Assembly (NCBI GenBank): GCA_013335095.1
Contig: JAAXWF010000001.1
Coordinates: 150,797 to 214,796, forward strand
Direction: 5' to 3'
Length of the DNA stretch: 64,000 bases
DNA from: a candidate division WWE3 bacterium
Lineage (GTDB): Bacteria; Patescibacteriota; 4484-211; GCA-002791395
Shown here piece after piece: positions 39,212 to 48,560 of the stretch. Both the position numbers and the translations under genes were made by a program. Position 1 is the stretch's first letter, and each line of letters starts with the position of its first letter. The notes beneath the pieces were generated by a model. It was not told the origin of the DNA and did not search any database. It saw only the letters and a program-made list of their open reading frames with translations.

Positions 39212-40180
39212 ATGACCAATCAAAATATTTGGCAAACAATTAAAAAACCGTGCTTTATACTAGCGCCAATGGAAGACGTAACCGATACCGTCTTTCGTCA
39301 GATTGTTGGGTTTTGCGGGGCTCCAGACATATACTTTACGGAGTTTACAAGCGTCGATGGAATCAACTCGCCTGGTAAAGACCACGTAATCCGAAGACTT
39401 ATGTATACCGAGACTGAAAGGCCGTTAATCGCTCAAATATGGGGCAAAAATCCCGAGAATTATTACAAGGCAGCACAGATGCTTGTACATATGAAATTTG
39501 ATGGAATCGACATCAATATGGGCTGTCCAGATGCTTCTGTTATTAAGCAAGGATGTTGTTCAGCACTGATCGAAAACCAATCTCTGGCTAGCGAAATAAT
39601 AAAGGCGACTCAAGAAGGCGCTGCCTCCCTTCCTGTTAGCGTCAAAACAAGAATCGGCTTTAGGGTTAAAAAAACTGAAGAATGGCTATCATTTCTACTC
39701 AATCACAATTTAGCCGCATTAACCGTACATGGAAGAACCGCATCCGAGATGTCTAAGGTGCCCGCACAATGGGATGAGATAGCAAAAGCAGTGGAAATAA
39801 AGAAACAACTACAAAAAGATACCATCATCATCGGTAACGGAGACGTACTGTCATATGCCGATGGATTACTGAAAGTAGAACAAGCTGGCGTTGATGGCGT
39901 AATGATTGGTCGTGGAATATTTAGTAATCCTTGGATATTTAATACGGCTATAAATCCGGAAGAGGTGACGATTAAACAGCGACTAGAACTTCTTATCAGA
40001 CATGTTGAATTATTCGACGTAACATGGGGTACAACCAAAAATTTTGACATTCTAAAAAAGTTCTTCAAGATATATGTCAGTGGTTTTTCTGGAGCTCACG
40101 AGTTACGTTCAGAATTAATGAATATGAAAGCGGCTCCTGAGGTGTTACAACGAGTGCGCGAGTTTTTATCACAGCTTTAA
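39212..40180 (+). CDS. dus: tRNA-dihydrouridine synthase
   Basis: FILAPMEDVTDTVFRQI N-terminus. FMN-binding TIM barrel with catalytic Cys (GCPDASV). Start placed at the internal Met (the track starts at 39062). Confidence 0.85.
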   Translation: MTNQNIWQTIKKPCFILAPMEDVTDTVFRQIVGFCGAPDIYFTEFTSVDGINSPGKDHVIRRLMYTETERPLIAQIWGKNPENYYKAAQMLVHMKFDGIDINMGCPDASVIKQGCCSALIENQSLASEIIKATQEGAASLPVSVKTRIGFRVKKTEEWLSFLLNHNLAALTVHGRTASEMSKVPAQWDEIAKAVEIKKQLQKDTIIIGNGDVLSYADGLLKVEQAGVDGVMIGRGIFSNPWIFNTAINPEEVTIKQRLELLIRHVELFDVTWGTTKNFDILKKFFKIYVSGFSGAHELRSELMNMKAAPEVLQRVREFLSQL

Positions 40181-41460
40181 TTGCGCTTTGGCATCTTAAT
40201 CTTTAGGGTAAAAATTTTATCGGAAGAAAATATCTTTGCTGCAATTATTACAAATACCGTAAACACGATTATTTCATACAGCACCCCAAACAATACCAAA
40301 TCAGAGCGACCTAAAAATATGTTTGGTATAGCCTGAAATGGATGAGTAAAAGGTATTGCTAAAAGCGCATACCGTAATACGGGTGCGGCGCTGTACACAT
40401 CTATAAACATTGATGAAAAGTACGAAAACAAGACAAACACCATTAACGGAGTAGTGACCCCCTGCACGGCTTTTACATCTTCAGCAAAACTACCTAGTAT
40501 TATCGAAATTGCGAGTGCGCACAGTATCGCACCAAATAAAGAACCGCCAATTAAAAGAAAGTCAGTCGACGTTAACGATAAACCTAATTGGCTAATTGCT
40601 GATTGCAATCGATCTGATGAAGCCATTGATAAAGCACCGCCAGATATTCCATCAATGTAGGATTGAAGACCAAACATGTACGCACCAGCCAGAAGCAAGG
40701 CAACGAGTCCAGCACCTAACATCTTCGAACTAACGATCATCGTCCGACTTACCGGCGTACTTAAAAGTGTTTCAAGTGTTTTGTTCTCTTTTTCGGCGGC
40801 AATAGCGGATGCAATCATTTGAGATGACATGACGATCACCATGAACATAATAATTGGAATGAAATTGGCTTGAGAGGTTACGTATCCTAAAATTTCTGAT
40901 GGAGTAATCGTTGCCTTTTTATCTCCAATAACCACATGATCAACCGGAATAATCGGGTTTTTTAGTTCTGTAACCGAGGCAGAAGGAATTTGCTGAGAAA
41001 TAAGCTCATTACTAATAGTCTGATTAATGCCTTCCATGGAACTAGCCAGCAGCGCATACTGTGAGCTCGATCCAAACGAAAAGCTGTTCATTAATGAGTA
41101 TGTTTCGACTGTCGCTGGCTTCAATTGACTCAGGTTCTCATTAAAGTTATCTGGAATAATAATTACCATTCGAGCCTCCTGCTCACGAGCTCGTTGTAAT
41201 GCATCGTCAATAGAATGACTTTCGTCCATCGATACAATAAAGGCACCAACTTTGAGTAATTCAACTAATTTTGTCGATTCGGAAGATTTGTCGTTATCGA
41301 TAATAATTAGTTTTTGTGGTTGTTGGCTTTTTTCAATTTCTGAACGACTTACATTTCCTAACACCATAAAAACAGCAACCATGATTAAAAATGGAATCAA
41401 CATTTGAAGCGTCAACAATTCTCTAATCTCTTTTTTAACTAAAATATAAAATAATTTCAT
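40177..41460 (-). CDS. ABC-2 type transporter permease (NatB-like, with a large extracytoplasmic domain)
   Basis: N-terminal TM segment, about 150-aa extracellular domain, C-terminal 5 TM ABC-2 membrane domain. Overlaps the ATPase gene by 4 nt. Confidence 0.75.
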   Translation of the reverse strand: MKLFYILVKKEIRELLTLQMLIPFLIMVAVFMVLGNVSRSEIEKSQQPQKLIIIDNDKSSESTKLVELLKVGAFIVSMDESHSIDDALQRAREQEARMVIIIPDNFNENLSQLKPATVETYSLMNSFSFGSSSQYALLASSMEGINQTISNELISQQIPSASVTELKNPIIPVDHVVIGDKKATITPSEILGYVTSQANFIPIIMFMVIVMSSQMIASAIAAEKENKTLETLLSTPVSRTMIVSSKMLGAGLVALLLAGAYMFGLQSYIDGISGGALSMASSDRLQSAISQLGLSLTSTDFLLIGGSLFGAILCALAISIILGSFAEDVKAVQGVTTPLMVFVLFSYFSSMFIDVYSAAPVLRYALLAIPFTHPFQAIPNIFLGRSDLVLFGVLYEIIVFTVFVIIAAKIFSSDKIFTLKIKMPKRN

Positions 41461-42194
41461 TTTGTTGTGCTTGTAATTGCGGCAAATACCTCTTCAAGAT
41501 TTGCGGCATTGTACTGTTGTTTTAATTCCTGAGGCGTTCCGATAGCATGAATGGTTCCCTGACTAATAATCCCGACACGATCAGACAAATATTCGATCTC
41601 AAGCATATTGTGGCTCGATAACAAAACCGTCATTCCATTCTTAACTAATGATTTAATAGTGCGACGAATCTCTAATGCATTAATGACATCAAGACCGCTC
41701 GTAGGCTCATCAAGTATCGCTAATTTAGGTTTGGTCATCACAGTTCGTGCCAGTAAAACTTTTCGGGTCATACCCTTACTGTATGTTTTGATTTTATCCT
41801 TTAAACGATCCCCTAACCCCGATATTTCTTCACCCATACTGATAAATTCTTTAAGTTGATTAGTATCCTGCGTAAAAAGAGATCCCATAAAATGCAGATA
41901 GTCGCGACCCGACATATTTTTATAAGCGCCAGCTTCTTCCGGTAAATAACTTATTACACGCCTGACTTCTTGTGATTCTTTTATTCCATCATGACCAAAC
42001 ACATCAATGCTGCCTGATGTTGGGCTAAGAAGTGTCGCAATCATACGCAGTGTAGTCGATTTACCCGCTCCATTTGGACCGATTAATGCGAATATTTCAT
42101 TTGGTTTAATTGAAAAACTAATCGAATTGACCGCCACGATCCCGCCATAGGATTTGTGTAAATCATTTACTTGAACAGCAAAATTTGAAGACAT
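41457..42194 (-). CDS. ABC transporter ATP-binding protein (NatA-like)
   Basis: Walker A GPNGAGKST, signature YSKGMTRKVLLARTV, Walker B ILDEPTSGLD. Confidence 0.9.
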   Translation of the reverse strand: MSSNFAVQVNDLHKSYGGIVAVNSISFSIKPNEIFALIGPNGAGKSTTLRMIATLLSPTSGSIDVFGHDGIKESQEVRRVISYLPEEAGAYKNMSGRDYLHFMGSLFTQDTNQLKEFISMGEEISGLGDRLKDKIKTYSKGMTRKVLLARTVMTKPKLAILDEPTSGLDVINALEIRRTIKSLVKNGMTVLLSSHNMLEIEYLSDRVGIISQGTIHAIGTPQELKQQYNAANLEEVFAAITSTTK

Positions 42195-42226
42195 AACAGA
42201 GACTATTGTACACCTTACACTATTTA

Positions 42227-42307
42227 CTATTTCTTAATATAAGCAACTACCGCCTTTGTACCAACCCTAACGAATCTCCCCACAACATAGTATCGACGCC
42301 GGCTCAT
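42227..42307 (-). CDS. Candidate small ORF (26 aa, MSRRRYYVVGRFVRVGTKAVVAYIKK) immediately upstream of the ABC exporter
   Basis: AAGGAG sits 9 nt upstream of ATG. TAG stop sits 30 nt before the ABC ATPase ATG. Not in the ORF track (below its length cutoff). Confidence is low because the ORF is short. Confidence 0.25.
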   Translation of the reverse strand: MSRRRYYVVGRFVRVGTKAVVAYIKK

Positions 42308-42527
42308 GTAGAAACACTCCTTAACGGCTTTAGGTATTCCGACTGTCCCCACGTTCGATAAGCCATCTCATACACGCCTGAGTAATACCAGGCATCTGCG
42401 CCTGTACCATCAGTAGTAGTGTAGGCCACAGCCAAGTTCATCGTACTATTCATAGATAATCTGGAATATTGCCCTACAGTTTAATAGTACCGATGGAAAA
42501 AGATGTCTACAAGTAACAATTCGACAG

Positions 42528-43070
42528 CTAAACCTGAACCTCTAAATCAGAAGCGTGAGTTCGACCTCCCTGCCACTGACCTCGGTAGGTATTTGTCCCA
42601 CCTTTTACCTCATAAAACATAGCGTGGACTATTCTGGCACCCATCTCAAGGGTGAATGGAAGGGGACCGACATTAATAAGACCAAAGCTAAGCTCACCCG
42701 AATATCCTGGTGAAGCATTCCCGGTAAAAAGTGTTACACCCGATCGATATAACGTTGATCGAGGCCGAAAAAGTGCAAGAATATTAATCGGAAGATTTAC
42801 TTTTTCTATTGTCGTTACGAGATAATATCGATGGGGCTCAATTGTTACCGGCTGTACTTCATCGGCATTATATTCTGCAATTAACTCAACATCAGCGGTA
42901 CGACGTTCTTCAATGCCCAAATAACCTCCACCTTTTGAAAGTATTTGAATTTTACCGACGCGAAGGTCAAAACCTGCTCCCTCTGGATTTTCTAGTTCTC
43001 TTTGGGAAAGATTTTCGACAAGGTTATGGCTGGATACAAGCTCTAACAAGTAATCAGTACCTAGAATCAT
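42528..43070 (-). CDS. dcd: dCTP deaminase (dUTPase superfamily)
   Basis: MILGTDYLLEL...NPEGAGFDLRVGK...GYSGELSFGLINVG motifs. Start at the internal Met (the track starts at 43112). Confidence 0.8.
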   Translation of the reverse strand: MILGTDYLLELVSSHNLVENLSQRELENPEGAGFDLRVGKIQILSKGGGYLGIEERRTADVELIAEYNADEVQPVTIEPHRYYLVTTIEKVNLPINILALFRPRSTLYRSGVTLFTGNASPGYSGELSFGLINVGPLPFTLEMGARIVHAMFYEVKGGTNTYRGQWQGGRTHASDLEVQV

Positions 43071-43133
43071 TCTATTATAATAACAGGAGGTACACCAATT
43101 GCACCAAGTCATAAAATACTCTATGCTTTAATT

Positions 43134-44438
43134 ATGCAAGAAGAACTACAAAGTAGACATTTTAGCGGTAAACAAAAACTAATCGCAATACTAGCATTAG
43201 TGGTGCTTATAGCTGGAGGGATTGGAGTAGTTGTCTTGATGAAAGTAAAACCACCGATAACTCCCGTTCCGATAACCACAACCCCAACTCCCACAACAGC
43301 ATTAACAACAACCACCCCAGCTGTCTCAACAGCAATAACAGCGACTTCGACCCCTATCCCGACAATCGCAGCTGATACCAATCTATACTATTCAACAACC
43401 AATAAATCGAGCCAATCAGGATCATTTTCGATTCGTCGGATTAATTCAAATGCCAGTATTGCACCAGAAGAGGTATTTCAATTTCCATCAAAATATTATT
43501 ACAACGGACGCTATCGTATTGAACCGGAATTATTAGTTAGCACAGGCAGCAAGTTATTAACACTAAACATGATCAATAGAACCGGTACGACGGTATTTGA
43601 TCTACAAACCCCCTCATTAGAGATGAATAGTGCGTTGTATGACGATACGAATAATGTGATCTACTATGTTTTATCGAATATCGGTGCAACTTCGGGCTTA
43701 CCAGATAACGAATTATGGCAATACGATTTAAATACGCATCAATCCGAAATGTTAACAAGTAAAAAACTTACTGTTTTTACAAAATGGACATTACTGGCAA
43801 AGATGCGGACGAATGACTTGATTATTCTTGAAAAAGGTATCGATGGAACAAAAGTATATGGTGACCTCCTGTTAATTAGTCGAAAAAGCCCATCCCAACA
43901 TAAGGTAGTTGAAAGAGACAACGATATGCTACTAAATGGTCATTTAAATCCCGCCAAAGATACCTGGCTTTATCAGACGTGTCCGTATTATAACCAGACC
44001 GCAGTAGGATACGAATGCGCCGAAGGAGAACAACTCATGAAGTATTCCTTGGGCGGAAAACAACGCATCCGTTTATATCAAAACACCGAAACGACAGCAA
44101 ACGCTGCCGACCAACCCAAGCGACGAACAATATCATCAAGCTATTGGCTTGACGATAATAACGTTTTATTCACCCAGACGGACGGAATATATTCGCTCAA
44201 TATTGATAGTAAAGTTCTGACACCAAAAAAAATCTACTCATTTGAACTTACAAACTTAGATGAACAGTTTAAAGCTCACCCAATAATTAGATATGCTGAT
44301 TTTGATCAAATAATTTATGAGTATTCAAACCCTGACGCCCAACTATATCGATATAATATGCTTAGTGGCGTATCGCTCCCGCTCAATGATTCAATTAAGC
44401 CCGAAGAAGTGACCTCTTTCTTTAGAGTTCGAACTTAA
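43134..44438 (+). CDS. Membrane-anchored hypothetical protein with a Thr/Pro-rich linker and a beta-rich (propeller-like) ectodomain
   Basis: N-terminal TM segment, linker PPITPVPITTTPTPTTALTTTTPAVSTAITATSTPIPT, then repeated Y/W/D-rich beta-strand segments. No catalytic motif. Confidence 0.5.
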   Translation: MQEELQSRHFSGKQKLIAILALVVLIAGGIGVVVLMKVKPPITPVPITTTPTPTTALTTTTPAVSTAITATSTPIPTIAADTNLYYSTTNKSSQSGSFSIRRINSNASIAPEEVFQFPSKYYYNGRYRIEPELLVSTGSKLLTLNMINRTGTTVFDLQTPSLEMNSALYDDTNNVIYYVLSNIGATSGLPDNELWQYDLNTHQSEMLTSKKLTVFTKWTLLAKMRTNDLIILEKGIDGTKVYGDLLLISRKSPSQHKVVERDNDMLLNGHLNPAKDTWLYQTCPYYNQTAVGYECAEGEQLMKYSLGGKQRIRLYQNTETTANAADQPKRRTISSSYWLDDNNVLFTQTDGIYSLNIDSKVLTPKKIYSFELTNLDEQFKAHPIIRYADFDQIIYEYSNPDAQLYRYNMLSGVSLPLNDSIKPEEVTSFFRVRT

Positions 44439-44506
44439 CAATTCAGGGTATCAAATACCTAACAGTGGTCTAAATTACGCATATATTTGATATTTCTGGT
44501 AAACTC

Positions 44507-45100
44507 ATGTACGTGTCAAAGACAATATTCTACCTTTCTGGCATGCCGGGTACAGGCAAGACATCATTGGTACGTAATTTGCGTCACTATGGATTTGAAG
44601 TCATGGATGAACTCGTCGATGGCTTTCCTTTTAAAGTAGACCAAAATCCACGAAGCTTTGAAACAGCACAGTATATTTTTACACAAAACGTTAAACGGAA
44701 TTCACGCATCTTAGAGTCTGATCATGAAGTTATTATTGTTGATCGACACCCGATTGATAGCCTACTTATTGCAAAAGCCCTGCTACAGAATGAATTACAT
44801 ATCCGCGTAATCGAAGATCAATATCTGTCTTTTCCTTTTCTACCAGGGACGATAATCTGTCTACATCCACACGATACGTACCACAATCAATCATACTTAC
44901 AACAACTTTCTGAGACAGACCAAAATTTAATGAATGATATTCTTCGTGTCTATAGCAATTATGATCATTACATAAATGCCCATACTCATATAAAAAACGA
45001 TGCTGATTCAATCGATTCTGTTAACGAAGTACTAGACATCATACGCAAAACGCTCGTAGAAGAACACTTCTATCAATATCCCCAACCGAGTTATTTTTAA
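44507..45100 (+). CDS. P-loop kinase, deoxynucleoside-kinase-like
   Basis: Walker A LSGMPGTGKTS and a downstream IIVDRHPIDSL (DRH-type) motif as in dNK/TK-fold kinases. 197 aa. Confidence 0.5.
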   Translation: MYVSKTIFYLSGMPGTGKTSLVRNLRHYGFEVMDELVDGFPFKVDQNPRSFETAQYIFTQNVKRNSRILESDHEVIIVDRHPIDSLLIAKALLQNELHIRVIEDQYLSFPFLPGTIICLHPHDTYHNQSYLQQLSETDQNLMNDILRVYSNYDHYINAHTHIKNDADSIDSVNEVLDIIRKTLVEEHFYQYPQPSYF

Positions 45101-45188
45101 CGATAGTAATTTTCCGACGAAAGTATTATCTAGTTTTTTAGGGGAATTAACAATTAATCTAAAAGACTAGCTGGAGGGAATTTACCAT

Positions 45189-47837
45189 CTAACGCTTCTT
45201 TTGCATATTTGCCAGATGTTCAGAGGTATTCACCAATCCACAATTCTTCCACTTTTTCCCACTCCCACAAGGGCAAGGATCGTTACGTGAAATTGTTTTT
45301 TCTTCTTTCGATAATTGAATTGGTTCTGTTGATTGATTCGGTTCATTAATTTGATTACGAATTGGTGTAGTTTCTTGTTTGGGTGTTTCGAATTGATTTA
45401 ATTCTTCATGTTTCTCATTCGCTTTTTCCAAAATATTGTCCGATTTCATTTCTATCGGCTGGGATATCTGAACACGCAGATTATAAAACCGACTTACGAT
45501 TTCGGTATCAATATCATAAATAAGTCGCTCAAATAATCGATACGCCTCATTCTTGAACTCAACCAATGGGTCGCGCTGACCGTATCCACGAAGCCCAATC
45601 CCCGCTCGAAGTTCATCAAGACGATCGATATGCTCCATCCACAGCTGGTCAATAGTATTAAGGAATATAAAACGCAAAACCCCACCAAATTGAGCTGGAC
45701 CTAACAATTGTTTTTTGTCTTCTAGGTTCTTTTCAAACTCAGGAAACTGTTCAATCAATGGTTCGGCCTTATTGCGAAGCTCTGTCTCTAACGAATTTCC
45801 TTCCTGTGTATCAATTTGTTCGCCTAAATCCAATAGCCGACGGCGGCGGCGGTAAATAATCTCACGTTGTTTATTGATCACGTCATCATATTCAACAAGA
45901 TGTTTACGAATATCAAAGTTGTAGCCCTCAACCTTTTGCTGTGCACTTTCAATCGATCGGCTAACAATCGCATGCTCAATCGGAATATCATCAGGAAGAT
46001 TAAATCGATCCATTAACGCCGCTATGCGGTCACCATTAAAAATACGCATGAGGTTATCATCGAGCGCGACAAAAAATCTTGATGATCCAGGATCACCTTG
46101 TCTTCCTGCCCGTCCTCGGAGCTGATTATCAATACGTCTTGATTCATGCCGTTCAGTACCAATCACATGTAAGCCGCCCATTTCTTTTACTCCATTGCCG
46201 AGCTTAATATCGGTTCCTCGGCCTGCCATATTGGTTGCAACGGTTACGGATCCAGGTCGTCCTGCCTGAGAAATAATATCAGCCTCACGCTCGTGGTTTT
46301 TAGCGTTCAATACTTCATGTCTGATTCCCCTGCGATTCAAGAGCTGACTAACGAGCTCATTATTTTCTACAGATGTGGTACCAACAAGTATGGGTTGACC
46401 AGTTGAATGAATACCGGCAATTTCATCGGCAATAGCCTTCCATTTTGCCCTTTGATTTTTATAAATTCGATCAGGATAATCTTTTCGAACGGTAGTTCTA
46501 TGTGTTGGTACAGATACGGAATTGAGCTTATAAATCTTATGGAATTCTTCTGATTCGGTTAAGATTGTCGCACTCATACCGGCAAGTTTTTCATACAGTC
46601 GAAAGTAATTCTGAAACGTGATAGTCGCAACTGTTTTACTTTCCTTTTGAATCGCAACTCCCTCTTTGGCTTCAATCGCCTGATGTAGCCCTTCAGAATA
46701 ACGGCGCCCTTCCATTAATCGCCCAGTGAATTCATCGACAATAACCACCTGATCATTTTGAACGACATAATCGATATCTTTTTTATATACAAATTCAGCC
46801 TTTAATGCCTGTTCCAAATGGTGAGCATACATAAAATCTTCATAGACATTCTCAATCCCGAGCCACTTCTCGATTTTCTTAACCCCTAGGTCTAAAAGAA
46901 ATGCACTACGACTTTTTTCATCGAGCTTGTAATCTTCGGCGTTCAATTTCTTTACTAATCCAGAAAAGGTTTGATATAACTCATTCGATTCTTCGGCAGG
47001 TGAAGAGATAATAAGTGGAGTTCGTGCTTCATCAATTAATATCGAATCGACTTCATCTACGATGGCAAAATGATGAACTCCGACTTCGCCGCGGGAGTTT
47101 ACCTGGGCAACCTGATCTCGAGAATGAACCATATTGTCACGCAAATAGTCGAAACCAAATTCATTATTAGTACCATACGTAACATCGGCGGCATACGCAT
47201 CACGACGAGAGACCTCTTTCAGAAACTTACCATGTCCAAATGGGAATTCTCTCCAATTACCTGATTCTGGTTTTAAGGAATCAATCTGGGTTGAATCAAA
47301 AAGATAGGAGACTCCATTTGAATTAATACAACCGACACTAACACCGAGCAAAGAATACACAAGACCCATCCACTCAGCATCACGACGAGCCAGATAATCA
47401 TTCACCGTCACAAGATGAGCACCACGACCGGTAAGCGAATTTAAATACATGGGATGAACGCCCGCATGAGTTTTACCTTCGCCAGTTTTCTGTTCGGCAG
47501 CGTTACCTTGATGCAATAGGATACCAACCATTAACTGTTCATCATACGATCGCTCATTAAAAATACGTCGAAAGGCTTCTCGAACTAACGAAAACGCTTC
47601 TGGAAGATATCCATCTAGAAGAATCTGTTCTTCCGATCGATAATCGGGTGCCTGGAGGTCAAGAGAGTTGAGACCATCGCGTACTCGCTGTTTTAATTCT
47701 TGAGAAAGACTTGTAATTTCCAAGTCGGAGTACTTTTGTAAACCTGATTCAAACGCATTTATTCGAGCTACGATTGGTTTTAATTGATTTACTTTACGTT
47801 GATTTGGGTCGAACCAACGGTTGATCTTATCGAGCAT
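45189..47837 (-). CDS. secA: Protein translocase ATPase SecA
   Basis: DEAD-like motor motifs (GEGKTH, VTVNDYLA, DEVDS). C-terminal zinc-binding CPCGSGKKWKNCG. 882 aa. Confidence 0.95.
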   Translation of the reverse strand: MLDKINRWFDPNQRKVNQLKPIVARINAFESGLQKYSDLEITSLSQELKQRVRDGLNSLDLQAPDYRSEEQILLDGYLPEAFSLVREAFRRIFNERSYDEQLMVGILLHQGNAAEQKTGEGKTHAGVHPMYLNSLTGRGAHLVTVNDYLARRDAEWMGLVYSLLGVSVGCINSNGVSYLFDSTQIDSLKPESGNWREFPFGHGKFLKEVSRRDAYAADVTYGTNNEFGFDYLRDNMVHSRDQVAQVNSRGEVGVHHFAIVDEVDSILIDEARTPLIISSPAEESNELYQTFSGLVKKLNAEDYKLDEKSRSAFLLDLGVKKIEKWLGIENVYEDFMYAHHLEQALKAEFVYKKDIDYVVQNDQVVIVDEFTGRLMEGRRYSEGLHQAIEAKEGVAIQKESKTVATITFQNYFRLYEKLAGMSATILTESEEFHKIYKLNSVSVPTHRTTVRKDYPDRIYKNQRAKWKAIADEIAGIHSTGQPILVGTTSVENNELVSQLLNRRGIRHEVLNAKNHEREADIISQAGRPGSVTVATNMAGRGTDIKLGNGVKEMGGLHVIGTERHESRRIDNQLRGRAGRQGDPGSSRFFVALDDNLMRIFNGDRIAALMDRFNLPDDIPIEHAIVSRSIESAQQKVEGYNFDIRKHLVEYDDVINKQREIIYRRRRRLLDLGEQIDTQEGNSLETELRNKAEPLIEQFPEFEKNLEDKKQLLGPAQFGGVLRFIFLNTIDQLWMEHIDRLDELRAGIGLRGYGQRDPLVEFKNEAYRLFERLIYDIDTEIVSRFYNLRVQISQPIEMKSDNILEKANEKHEELNQFETPKQETTPIRNQINEPNQSTEPIQLSKEEKTISRNDPCPCGSGKKWKNCGLVNTSEHLANMQKKR

Positions 47838-47916
47838 ATGTTTGTAATTGTAACATCACCCCCCAAGAGAAACCTGATATATTGCTGAACAATAAGCCGA
47901 GTAATAAAATGAACAC

Positions 47917-48282
47917 ATGATTGGGTATTGGATGAAAAAATCACCGTTTAGGACCCGCCAAATACTTATTGGCATATTATTATTTTACCTACCGGTTTTA
48001 GTCATCGCTGCATTATCTATATTCTTAGGTTTTATCACCCTAGCTTGGAATGAAGGCCATACATCATATTCGTATTGGGGAGCGCTATGGTTAACGATGT
48101 TCGCATTATGGACATTTATATTAGGTATGATTAATACACAACACTTACTATTAAAACCCGATGAGGATACCCATAAGAAATTGATTTTTTGGACATTTAC
48201 GCTCACTCCTGCAGTTTTTCTATTCGGAGCAACATTTATATCATTAATCTCGGACTTCTTTAGCAACGGGTGGTATTTATGA
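47917..48282 (+). CDS. Hypothetical small 4-TM membrane protein
   Basis: Hydrophobic ORF, co-directional with and 13 nt overlapping the next gene. Confidence 0.4.
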   Translation: MIGYWMKKSPFRTRQILIGILLFYLPVLVIAALSIFLGFITLAWNEGHTSYSYWGALWLTMFALWTFILGMINTQHLLLKPDEDTHKKLIFWTFTLTPAVFLFGATFISLISDFFSNGWYL

Positions 48283-48560
48283 ATAAACCAAGTTTCAAAT
48301 TACTGGCTATATTTCTAGTTTTAATAATCTCATCGTATTTCATCGTCCATTACTTATTCTTTTTAAACAAAGGTATGCCCTATTCCCTCAACTCCATGAC
48401 GGCAATATCATATTTAATTATGGTCTACCATTATATCCTTGCTGCAATCTTAATATTACGTCTACTTCCTTCAGAATTGAGTAAGTATCAAGATACGTCA
48501 GTCGCGATACTTATAATATGGTTTATTTGTATGCATGCGGTACTGTTAATACCATCATGA
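48270..48560 (+). CDS. Hypothetical small 3-TM membrane protein
   Basis: Hydrophobic ORF. ATGA overlap with the downstream DUF2207 gene. Confidence 0.35.
   Translation: MVFMNKPSFKLLAIFLVLIISSYFIVHYLFFLNKGMPYSLNSMTAISYLIMVYHYILAAILILRLLPSELSKYQDTSVAILIIWFICMHAVLLIPS

Noticed and set aside
42528-43112. dCTP deaminase as a possible anti-phage nucleotide-depletion effector.
   Set aside because: The protein is housekeeping-sized (about 180 aa), has no fused kinase domain, and sits among ordinary metabolic genes. It is most likely the canonical Dcd.
43250-43385. Apparent tandem/low-complexity repeat (ACC/ACA/CCA-rich) and the antisense 86-aa ORF at 43121..43381.
   Set aside because: It is the Thr/Pro-rich linker of the 434-aa membrane protein. 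The minus-strand ORF is a shadow of that low-complexity coding region, not a repeat element or CRISPR.
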